Below are positions 1 through 8,113 of a DNA stretch of 64,000 bases, in pieces. The notes under the pieces are model-generated. The model did not search any database, was not told the DNA's origin, and saw only the letters and a list, made by a program, of their open reading frames with translations. Source of the stretch: Patescibacteria group bacterium (GTDB lineage Bacteria; Patescibacteriota; Minisyncoccia; Phycocordibacterales; UBA9973); NCBI GenBank assembly GCA_038063535.1, contig JBBTUV010000003.1, positions 416 through 64,415 on the forward strand, in the 5' to 3' direction. Within the stretch, counting starts at the first letter, position 1. Each line of letters begins with the position of its first letter. Made by a program: the position numbers and the translations under genes.

Positions 1-366
1 ATTGGCGAAAATATTGCCGCAAAGTTTCTCATGAAACATGGTTTCTCCATATTGGACAGAAACTACACAAAGAAATGGGGAGAAATAGACATCGTGGCTG
101 AAAAGGAGCAGAAGCTTTATTTTATCGAGGTTAAATCAGTAGTTAAGGATACAATGGACCAGGTTTCACAAGAAACATTGGACCAATACAGGCCAGAGGA
201 TAACATGCATCCCTGGAAACTGAAACGTCTTTCGAGAGCCATCCAAACATATATCTTGTCTAAGAAATTAGACGAAAAAGATTGGCAATTCGACCTCATA
301 GCTGTCTTTTTGAGCCCAAAGGACAAGAAGGCCAGGGTGAAGGTAGTGAGTGATATAGTTCTGTGA
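1..366 (+). CDS. YraN/UPF0102 family endonuclease-like protein (5' partial, runs off window start)
   Basis: Frame is open from nt 1 (IGENIAAKFLMKHGF...). The GEIDIVA...YFIEVK motif matches the YraN family. Confidence 0.6.
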   Translation: MGENIAAKFLMKHGFSILDRNYTKKWGEIDIVAEKEQKLYFIEVKSVVKDTMDQVSQETLDQYRPEDNMHPWKLKRLSRAIQTYILSKKLDEKDWQFDLIAVFLSPKDKKARVKVVSDIVL

Positions 367-382
367 TATAAATAAAGCCCGG

Positions 383-453
383 CGGGCTGTAGTATACCGG
401 TAGTACACGTGCTTTGGGAGCATGTAGACTGGGTTCGATTCCCAGCAGCCCGA
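383..453 (+). tRNA. tRNA-Pro (anticodon TGG)
   Basis: Hand-folded cloverleaf. Acceptor CGGGCUG/CAGCCCG, T-arm CUGGG-UUCGAUU-CCCAG, anticodon loop UUUGGGA. CCA not encoded. Confidence 0.7.
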
Positions 454-454
454 C

Positions 455-862
455 ATGACAGCATTTGCATTACTTTTTACGCTTTCGGCGATTGGAATTA
501 GCGAGACGGTATATCTCATCCGCACACGGATTGCGGCGGAGCAGCCGGTCTGCCCGATCGGGGAGGGTTGCGCCACGGTACTTACCAGCAAATACAGTAA
601 GATTTTCCTGATCCCGAATGATATTCTCGGGCTTCTGGCTTACGTAGTGATTTCTTTTATCGCGGCACTCTTGGTGCTTGAAATTAATGTCGATCTTTGG
701 AGCCTCATAATAAAAATCCTGGTTGGGGCAGCATCACTCGTATCATTATTCTTCACATATCTTCAATGGCGGGAAATCCGGGCCTGGTGTTTTTGGTGCC
801 TGATGTCGGCGTTTACAATTTGGCTGATGGGAATTATAATAATTTTTAGCTCTGTAATATAG
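455..862 (+). CDS. vitamin K epoxide reductase (VKOR) family thiol-disulfide oxidoreductase
   Basis: Polytopic membrane protein with loop Cys pair (CPIGEGC) and active-site CFWC at a TM start. ATG lies 1 nt after the tRNA-Pro discriminator. Confidence 0.75.
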   Translation: MTAFALLFTLSAIGISETVYLIRTRIAAEQPVCPIGEGCATVLTSKYSKIFLIPNDILGLLAYVVISFIAALLVLEINVDLWSLIIKILVGAASLVSLFFTYLQWREIRAWCFWCLMSAFTIWLMGIIIIFSSVI

Positions 863-864
863 AA

Positions 865-1239
865 ATGAGCAAAACTGCATTTCACATTTTAAGAGTGGGG
901 CTCGCGATAACCTTCCTTTGGATCGGCATACTCATCTTGAAACAACCGGAGGCCTGGGCAAGCTACATTGCGCCCTGGGCGGCCGGGCTCCTGCCGGTTT
1001 CGCCCGTAGAAGCGATGCAGGGAACCGCGGTTCTTGATTTGGCAATCGGCCTTCTGCTTCTCACTGACACTTGGGTGTGGCTCGCGGCACTGATAGGAGC
1101 ACTTCACCTCATCACTGTGCTTGCGGTTTCGGGAATTACGGATATTACCGTGCGGGATATTGCGATTTTTGCGGGCGCGGTCGCGCTCTTCGTCGAGACG
1201 CGACCGAAAAATTTATTAATTAAACAAAAAACAATATGA
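865..1239 (+). CDS. DoxX family membrane protein
   Basis: About 4-TM small hydrophobic protein with DoxX-like N-terminus (LRVGLAITFLWIGILIL). Tightly coupled to VKOR. Confidence 0.55.
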   Translation: MSKTAFHILRVGLAITFLWIGILILKQPEAWASYIAPWAAGLLPVSPVEAMQGTAVLDLAIGLLLLTDTWVWLAALIGALHLITVLAVSGITDITVRDIAIFAGAVALFVETRPKNLLIKQKTI

Positions 1240-1739
1240 GCAAGTCAACAGTTATGGTTTTAATTTTGGTCATCGTTTTGGTCGGGGGGTATTTTATTTT
1301 CAGCAGCCCGAAGGCGACAGCGCCGACTCCTGAGACAAATACCCAGGACACGGAAACACCGGGTGAACCAGTTTCCCCGACATCGGAAATGCCCGTTCCG
1401 GGCGGCACCGTTCCGGAAATGACGGTAGAACATACGGTAACTTACACTAATAGCGGCTATTCGCCGAGCGAACTTAAGATAAAGGAGGGGGAGACAGTCA
1501 CCTGGGAGAACGAGAGTACGCAGAACATGTGGACGGCCTCCGCGATGCACCCGACGCACACAGCTTACAGCGGGACTTCTCTCTCCGCGCACTGCCCGGA
1601 CACTGAAAATGTCGCTTTCGACGCTTGTGAGGGCACTCTTCCGGGAGAGTCTTGGTCCTTCACCTTCACAAAGGCCGGTAGCTGGGGCTATCATGACCAC
1701 CTACATCCGACACTCTTCGGGAAAGTTATCGTTGAATAA
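1236..1739 (+). CDS. membrane-anchored cupredoxin-like domain protein
   Basis: N-terminal TM anchor and Pro/Thr-rich linker. C-terminal beta-sandwich-like domain with GETVTWENES and His/Cys cluster (AMHPTH..HCPD..GYHDHLHP). Confidence 0.4.
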   Translation: MSKSTVMVLILVIVLVGGYFIFSSPKATAPTPETNTQDTETPGEPVSPTSEMPVPGGTVPEMTVEHTVTYTNSGYSPSELKIKEGETVTWENESTQNMWTASAMHPTHTAYSGTSLSAHCPDTENVAFDACEGTLPGESWSFTFTKAGSWGYHDHLHPTLFGKVIVE

Positions 1740-1784
1740 AATTAAAATTTAGGCTATAAACTATTGCGGGCATTGCTCCGCAAT

Positions 1785-1858
1785 GCGGGATTAGTTTAAT
1801 GGTAAAATATCAGTTTTCCAAACTGAGGTTGGGAGTTCGATTCTCCCATCCCGCACCA
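1785..1858 (+). tRNA. tRNA-Gly (anticodon TCC), CCA encoded
   Basis: Acceptor GCGGGAU/AUCCCGC, anticodon loop UUUCCAA, T-loop UUCGAUU. The encoded CCA shares its A with the ATG of the next CDS. Confidence 0.8.
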
Positions 1859-2595
1859 TGATTTATTTATACGCATTCGGAAGTGTGATTCTGGTGAGTC
1901 TCATTTCACTGGTCGGGATTTTTGTGCTCACTTTTAAAGAAGAGTGGGTACGCAAATATATTTTTTTTCTAGTAAGTCTCGCGGTCGGCGCGCTCTTGGG
2001 CGATGCCTTTATTCACCTAATCCCGGAGGCCTTCGAAGAAGGAATTTCGTCGGCGGGGCTCTTCGTCACTGTTGGCATCCTTATCTTTTTTATCTTTGAA
2101 AAATTTATGCACTGGCACCACCACGGTGCGGACGTAGAAGAGCCGGAAATTCACCCGGTTGGCAAGCTTGTTCTTTTCTCTGATGGGGTTCACAACTTCA
2201 TTGACGGGATAATCATTGGCGTTTCCTACATGGTGAGTATTCCCCTTGGGCTCGCGAGCACGCTCGCAGTTGTTCTGCACGAAATCCCGCAGGAGATCGG
2301 CGACTTTGCCGTGCTCCTCCACGCCGGCTACGCCAAGAAGCGAGCGCTCTATCTTAACTTTCTGTCGGCCGCAGCGGCGATCGCCGGAACTCTTTTGGCA
2401 TTTATTCTCGGGGAAGGCGGTAAGGAGCTCGCCGCCTGGGTTCTGCCATTTGCCGCCGGGGGTTTCATCTACATCGCTATGAGCGATCTCATCCCGGAAC
2501 TTCATAAAACAAAAGAGCTGAAGCACTCTTCACTTCAGCTGGTTGCGGTTCTTATCGGAATTCTCGCGATGCTCGCACTCACGCTTTTAGAGTAG
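1858..2595 (+). CDS. ZIP family metal (zinc) transporter
   Basis: ZupT/ZIP signature HNFIDG and HEIPQEIGDF. About 8 TM segments and a His-rich loop (HWHHHG). Confidence 0.85.
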   Translation: MIYLYAFGSVILVSLISLVGIFVLTFKEEWVRKYIFFLVSLAVGALLGDAFIHLIPEAFEEGISSAGLFVTVGILIFFIFEKFMHWHHHGADVEEPEIHPVGKLVLFSDGVHNFIDGIIIGVSYMVSIPLGLASTLAVVLHEIPQEIGDFAVLLHAGYAKKRALYLNFLSAAAAIAGTLLAFILGEGGKELAAWVLPFAAGGFIYIAMSDLIPELHKTKELKHSSLQLVAVLIGILAMLALTLLE

Positions 2596-2601
2596 TTGGT
2601 C

Positions 2602-3633
2602 TTAGAACGGATTCTTTGCGCCCTTGACTTCGATATGAAGATGCGGGCCGGTCGAGCGGCCGGTATTGCCCACATAACCGATCGTCTCGCTTTTCTCGAC
2701 TCTAGCGCCCACCGAGGTCCCAAGCCGGGACTGGTGCGCGTAGATGGTTTGGGTTCCATTTGGATGGGAGATAATGGTGAGCACCCCGTATCCGCCGTTC
2801 CATCCGGTTCGGGCGAATGTTACGATGCCTTCTGCGGCGGCGAGAATCGGGGTGCCGGTCGGCGCTGCAAGATCAACTCCACGGTGGGTTGATGTAATGC
2901 CTCGGGTGCGCCGCGCTCCGGGAACGGGATTGGTGAAGTAACCGCTCGCGTCTCTGAGAGCAGCCTGTGAAGTCCCTCCCCGAGCGATCGCCGTTCCGGC
3001 TCTCGGAGCGCTTGGGATATTCGCGCCTGGGATCATCAGTTTTTCTCCAATTGAGAGTTTGACGCCGGCTTCAATGTCGTTCGAAAGAAGAATGTCGTCC
3101 ACGTCTACCTTGTATAAGTTAGCTATCCCCTGAAGCGTATCGCCCTTTTTAACCGTATGCTCTACCCCGGAGAAAGGCAGGATAAGGAGAATATCTCCAA
3201 CTTTGAGCTTGGCTCCTTTTTGCAAATCATTTGCGGAAAGAACAGTATCCACCGAGATGTCGAACATTTGGGCTACCTGTGAAACAGTATCGCCCGGCCG
3301 GACTACGTATACGTTAACCTCACCACCCGAAAATTCGACGCCGCCAGTGCCTCCCAAAGCGCCGAGTGGGCTTACCTCTGCGAGAAGCGCATTATCGGAA
3401 AGAATACTAACCTCTCTGCTTGCATCAACATCGCTTTTGCTGTCGCGGACTGAGGCGGAAGAAAAATTGGCCTCAAGTAAGGCCATAGTTTGAGAGTTAG
3501 CACCATCAAGAGAGGGGTTGGTGAGCACGGTCTCCGCTGAAGCTTCGCCAAAGATGGAAGAAAAGAGTCCGGCAGCGACCGGCACGGGCACGGAAAGTCC
3601 TCCCAGGGAACCCAGGAAAAGCGATGCAGACAA
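2602..3633 (-). CDS. LysM-domain M23 family peptidoglycan endopeptidase
   Basis: Signal peptide, two LysM repeats (VKKGDTLQGIANLYKV..., VRPGDTVSQVAQMF...), C-terminal M23 motifs (HRGVDLAA...GNTGRSTGPHLHIEV). Confidence 0.85.
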   Translation of the reverse strand: MSASLFLGSLGGLSVPVPVAAGLFSSIFGEASAETVLTNPSLDGANSQTMALLEANFSSASVRDSKSDVDASREVSILSDNALLAEVSPLGALGGTGGVEFSGGEVNVYVVRPGDTVSQVAQMFDISVDTVLSANDLQKGAKLKVGDILLILPFSGVEHTVKKGDTLQGIANLYKVDVDDILLSNDIEAGVKLSIGEKLMIPGANIPSAPRAGTAIARGGTSQAALRDASGYFTNPVPGARRTRGITSTHRGVDLAAPTGTPILAAAEGIVTFARTGWNGGYGVLTIISHPNGTQTIYAHQSRLGTSVGARVEKSETIGYVGNTGRSTGPHLHIEVKGAKNPF

Positions 3634-3908
3634 AAGAAAACTGAGTATTTTGCTTGTTTTTCTTGGAGGTTTTATAAAACAAAGACGATATCGAGAGAAT
3701 CCCCTTAAGCCTCAGCCCCGCTAGAGCAGGGGGTTGCTTAGAATCACAGGACGACCAAATTGTACTGCAAACAAAGGTTCTCGCGATGGTTACTATCATC
3801 CAGCCAATCAGCCATATATTCCATACCCCTACTGCCGTATCATTCCAGGGTAGCCCAAAACCGCCCCGGGGTCAAACCCCTCCTGTGGAAAGAGAAAACA
3901 GCATATAT

Positions 3909-6900
3909 TTAGGCTGCCATTTTGGGCCTCTCTAGGACTCTTAGATTGTATTTCTCCTGGACACTTTTCTTTATCGTGCCGTCCTTATTCAGAAATTTAG
4001 CTCCCAAATAATCGTGGATCTCTGAATCGAGATTCACTTGTGTACCTCGTATAAAAGCGAGCGTTTGTGGATAAGTATTGCGGCATTGCGGTCTCCCGTT
4101 CTCATAGTCCATAACAGCAAGGAGCATGCTCATGTATCCCGAATCGATCTTTTTGTTCGCCTTTGCCATCGCTTTTACCAGCTCCGGGAGTTTGCGCCGA
4201 TTCACCACCGCTTCGGCGAACAGCTTAAAGTCTATTTTGAATTTTTCCTGAAGAGCTTTGAGAACCCGCCGTTCTGGACCATATGCTCGGTTGGAAAAAT
4301 CGAGAGTTCCGCCGGCTTCGCGATAGGCTTCCAATGCAAGATCTTCAGTGACTGCCTCATTGAGAGCTCTGCCTCTTTCTTTCAGATCCGGCATATTTGC
4401 ATTTCTTCCGATGTATCTAGTCAGCCTCAAGCCGGTGCGACGAGATGTGTAAGTCTTTTGCTCTTTGTCCTCCGTCTCAAATCCCCAATAGTTATTGGCA
4501 ACAGAATCGTGAATCACTTCATGGGAAATGGTGTGAAGAAGAGAATCTTCAAGTGCATCTGGTTCTAAGGTCTCAAGCATATTCATGTTAATGAAGATTT
4601 CCCCTTCCTCAACGATACAAATCCCTGCCGCTTCGACAAATCCACGGTTCGCCATAAATTCATAGAGTCCTACTAAGTGAACTTTCCCGGACGGAGGCAT
4701 CGGGCTGCGATTTTCCCCACCATACTTTTTCATCAAGGCCTCGACATTTTGGTATGCTTTTTCGACGATTTTAGTGTATTTTTCTTTGGTCTCGGCACTC
4801 TCATACTTTTTTCGGTCCGCAAGGATTCTGAATTCCACGTAATCAGCCGCTTCGCGTGCCGAGGGAGCAGCATTGATCTTCTCAAGATCTTCTCGAAGCC
4901 ACACAGTGAAAGGACTTCTGATCATCCTCTCGGCGATTTCTCTGGGTTCGGGGAAAACGTGTTCAGCCGGGTAACGCTCTCCCAGGTCTTCCTCGCCCTC
5001 CAAGGTTTGGCTCCGGCTTGCGATGGAAGCCTTTTCCTTGTATTTTCCTGGTGGAATAGGTTGGGGAGGAAGAACATCAGACTCCTTGCTCCATTCTTTT
5101 GCTTTTTCTTCGAAAGTTTTGCGGCCAAAACCTTTCGCCTCGCCGGTCCCTTTGTAGTCTTCCAGCGCCTTACGTGGGAAAATCGGAATAAAGGACGGAA
5201 GTTCCCAATCTCTATCGACAACTCTGTGGAAAGTGTACTCATGTTTTTCAATAAGCCCGGGAGTGAATTTTTGCCCCACATCGGTCGCGATTGGAGTATA
5301 TTTTCCATCTTCGTCGGCAATAACTGCTTCCAGAAATCCAGGATGGGTCAGTCGGCCACTGGCATCTTTTCCAAAAAGAGAATACAAGCTCTCCGGGATT
5401 ATCGGTTTTCCATCTGCCCCCATTTCTATCACGATTCCTTCATGCTGATTTCCGGTATCAGGAGTAAAGAGTAATTTAATTTTTCCTTCACTCATCAGCG
5501 TGGCAATGTCGGGATGTCGAGAACCCTGAAAAGATTCGAATTGCTTCAAATTGCTTAAATCAATCGCGGGGTGCCCTTGTTCGTCAAAGCCAGTGCTGTT
5601 TACTCCGCCATAGTGAAGCCTAAGTTCGTTTAAATCCGGACGAGTAGTTTCGTTCATCAAATGAGCGTGGCGATGAATTTCCTGCAATTGCTCCGCGTAG
5701 GAATGACGATTTGCTTGTAAATATTCTTCGATGCTCCCGGCAGGAATTTTTGTACCATGATGTTCAAGAGAAAGGCCCAGTTGTTCTACCGAAAGATTCA
5801 AGATTTTGCCATCTTTTCCTTGAATTATTTCCTTCACTAGAACTTCGTGAGTTCTTGAATCAACCAAGGAGCTGGTTCCGTTCGTGTTTTCGATTATCTC
5901 GGTTCCTTGAGGAGCGCGGATTGTCGCAAGGTCGTTGTGGAGTGGGGCGTAAGCGTGAGAAAGATCGGTGGGAACTTCCTGGCCACTTCGCTCGCCTCGG
6001 AAATAATGCCAGAGTCGCTGTATAGATGTTTCCCCTCCGTTTCGTGGATGGATTCCTGTCTTATCAAGCCCTTCCTGGACAACCGCCCCTATTCCAGCAC
6101 CAATTATTCCGCCTACCACGGCCGCCTTGCCCATTTCCTTTGCCCTAAATTTACCAAGCTCTTTATTCACTCCGCCGATCCCTTCATTGAGAACCGCCAT
6201 TCTTTCGGCAAGAGAAGTTTGAAATGCCGCGAGGTCTTTTATCTGCACTTTTGTTTCAGCGAGAATCCTCATAAGCTCGAGGCGGCTTTGGCTAAGCACT
6301 TTTTCCCCTTCGTACTCTATAAGATCAAGCCCGTCAGTTTCAGAAATGGACATTCTGGCTTCCGCATCGGCGGTTTCCTCGATGAGCTGTCTTAATGCTT
6401 CTGGATTTCCCATCCGCGCTTGATTGGAAAGTTCGATCAGCCGATCCTTGATCTCGGATGCAAGACGCATGTCGTAGACGAAGCGCTCCATCGCCTCGCG
6501 ATTTTTTCTTTTCCCTTTTTTGTTTTCGAACTCGGAGATGTCTCGTCCCATTGCTCGCTCCATGCGGTGGGTTGCTACGTCAACTTTTATATCTTTTGAT
6601 CTGCGTAAGGCCCCGAAAAGCGCTCCTGCGCCAAGTGCTCCCCCTAAGAAGTACACCGGTTTCTTGGCAAAATAGGCAGCGACCGAAAGCCCCGCCGCAA
6701 GCCCGGTCGGGGAGAAGAGGTGCGCGAGAACCCTATGTTTTTGGGTACGCTCGATGATCTTGTCGATAAATCCCAAGTTCTGTTCGGTTTTGACAACGCG
6801 CTTCGCATTCCCGAGATCGACTGCAAGTCCTGCGTCGAGGCGGGCGAGTCCCTCGCCATGCTCGGCGAGTTTTCGGAATTCGCGTGCTGCTTCTAGAAAA

Positions 6901-7697
6901 TTATCCGCAGAGAGATGTCCCGGCCCAAAAGAATCGGGGTGTTTTTCGTTTACCTTACGCAAGATCTCGTGCTTTTTTTTCGTAAATTCCTCGTCAGCCA
7001 TTTTGCCGAGAGCATATTCGCGCATGAGATCGATAATAGCCTTGTTGAACTCCGGGTCTTCCAATGTTTTTTTGCTTTCACCTCCAGTGGCCCGGAATAA
7101 ATCCTCCTGGAACCTTTCAAACTCCGCGCGCATTTCCCGCTCGTGTTCTGCTTTCTTTTCCGGGTCGGCAAAGATGTTCTCCTCTCCTTTGATCCGAGCA
7201 AGTTCCTGGGCGTAGTAGCGGCGTCGATAAAATTCTTCGGCGGGGCGATACCAAAGTTTTTTGAAAAAACTGACGACCCCTTTTCTGCTTAGAACTTCAT
7301 TTACCCGTTCAGTGGCCCTTTGCTTTGCCAGTTGCTCTGCAATGTCAGAAACATCTACCGCTAAAAGCCGTTCGGGCACATGAAATTCTTTTTTTCCTTT
7401 TTCCTCTTTCTTATCGTCTGGTTCCTCTTCTTTTTCTTGCTTTTTCTTTTCCTCTTTTACATCCTTTAAATCTTCGATTTCTGCTTTCTTGGAGTTTATA
7501 TTATCGAGCTCTTCTTCGAGCTTGCGATATTCTTTTTTTGCTTTCTCGAGTTGGTTCCAAAGGTTGGCTTTTGCCTCCTTTTCCATTTCAAAATTGTACC
7601 CCTCTTCAAGGTTGTGGATGTTTTCCTTTAATTCCTTGTATTTAGAGAGGAGGTCGGCTTCTTTATTAGTTGGTTGTAGGCTTTCCCTCATAGCCAA
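3909..7697 (-). CDS. large hypothetical protein (1262 aa): N-terminal Lys/Glu-rich coiled coil, central Gly-rich TM segments, C-terminal region with HExxH motif
   Basis: Long uninterrupted ORF. Charged coiled-coil N-terminus. Hydrophobic GxxxG-type segments (LAAGLSVAAYFAKKPVYFLGGALGAGALFGAL; VVGGIIGAGIGAVV). HEVIHD motif near the C-terminus. No recognisable family. Confidence 0.6.
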   Translation of the reverse strand: MAMRESLQPTNKEADLLSKYKELKENIHNLEEGYNFEMEKEAKANLWNQLEKAKKEYRKLEEELDNINSKKAEIEDLKDVKEEKKKQEKEEEPDDKKEEKGKKEFHVPERLLAVDVSDIAEQLAKQRATERVNEVLSRKGVVSFFKKLWYRPAEEFYRRRYYAQELARIKGEENIFADPEKKAEHEREMRAEFERFQEDLFRATGGESKKTLEDPEFNKAIIDLMREYALGKMADEEFTKKKHEILRKVNEKHPDSFGPGHLSADNFLEAAREFRKLAEHGEGLARLDAGLAVDLGNAKRVVKTEQNLGFIDKIIERTQKHRVLAHLFSPTGLAAGLSVAAYFAKKPVYFLGGALGAGALFGALRRSKDIKVDVATHRMERAMGRDISEFENKKGKRKNREAMERFVYDMRLASEIKDRLIELSNQARMGNPEALRQLIEETADAEARMSISETDGLDLIEYEGEKVLSQSRLELMRILAETKVQIKDLAAFQTSLAERMAVLNEGIGGVNKELGKFRAKEMGKAAVVGGIIGAGIGAVVQEGLDKTGIHPRNGGETSIQRLWHYFRGERSGQEVPTDLSHAYAPLHNDLATIRAPQGTEIIENTNGTSSLVDSRTHEVLVKEIIQGKDGKILNLSVEQLGLSLEHHGTKIPAGSIEEYLQANRHSYAEQLQEIHRHAHLMNETTRPDLNELRLHYGGVNSTGFDEQGHPAIDLSNLKQFESFQGSRHPDIATLMSEGKIKLLFTPDTGNQHEGIVIEMGADGKPIIPESLYSLFGKDASGRLTHPGFLEAVIADEDGKYTPIATDVGQKFTPGLIEKHEYTFHRVVDRDWELPSFIPIFPRKALEDYKGTGEAKGFGRKTFEEKAKEWSKESDVLPPQPIPPGKYKEKASIASRSQTLEGEEDLGERYPAEHVFPEPREIAERMIRSPFTVWLREDLEKINAAPSAREAADYVEFRILADRKKYESAETKEKYTKIVEKAYQNVEALMKKYGGENRSPMPPSGKVHLVGLYEFMANRGFVEAAGICIVEEGEIFINMNMLETLEPDALEDSLLHTISHEVIHDSVANNYWGFETEDKEQKTYTSRRTGLRLTRYIGRNANMPDLKERGRALNEAVTEDLALEAYREAGGTLDFSNRAYGPERRVLKALQEKFKIDFKLFAEAVVNRRKLPELVKAMAKANKKIDSGYMSMLLAVMDYENGRPQCRNTYPQTLAFIRGTQVNLDSEIHDYLGAKFLNKDGTIKKSVQEKYNLRVLERPKMAA

Positions 7698-7699
7698 TT

Positions 7700-8020
7700 T
7701 TATTTAACTATGCCCAAATATGTATCTCTAAACGACATCATCGCCTGAGAAAATAATTCTTGGGCATTTGGAAAGTTCGTTGATATAAATTGGTTTACTT
7801 TCTCTTGGTCTCCCCCTTCTGTGATTTCCCGGAAGGAAGTTAATTTGTTTTCATCTAGGTTAGAAACAACTGTAGCCAGAAAACGATCTTCGAGGCGATT
7901 TTTAAGATCCGCGAACATTTGAGACCGCACTTCCGGAGAAACATTGTCCATACCGGCTTCGCTGAGCATTTTATTAAGAAATTCGTCTATTACTTTTTGC
8001 GAACTGAGTTCTGTTAGCAT
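7700..8020 (-). CDS. hypothetical small protein (106 aa), co-oriented and abutting the 1262-aa gene
   Basis: ORF with its stop 2 nt upstream of the large gene start. No TM segments and no known motif. Confidence 0.4.
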   Translation of the reverse strand: MLTELSSQKVIDEFLNKMLSEAGMDNVSPEVRSQMFADLKNRLEDRFLATVVSNLDENKLTSFREITEGGDQEKVNQFISTNFPNAQELFSQAMMSFRDTYLGIVK

Positions 8021-8113
8021 GTTATTTTGATTACTTTTAAAATTTAACCACAGAAAGTTTTATAATGCAATACCTAAACATTATAGCATATTCCATTGTG
8101 CTATAGTTGGAGA

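Noticed and set aside
4038-5474. Plus-strand ORFs (176 and 265 aa) antisense to the 1262-aa gene
   Set aside because: No motifs and hydrophobic, low-complexity translations. They are fully contained in a long well-formed minus-strand ORF.
8096-8113. ORF-track starts at TTG codons (8096 uvrD, 10131 rsmA, 22563, 63924)
   Set aside because: In each case a nearby in-frame ATG gives a canonical N-terminus (8114, 10140, 22614). The 63924 TTG is internal to a gene that continues past the window end.
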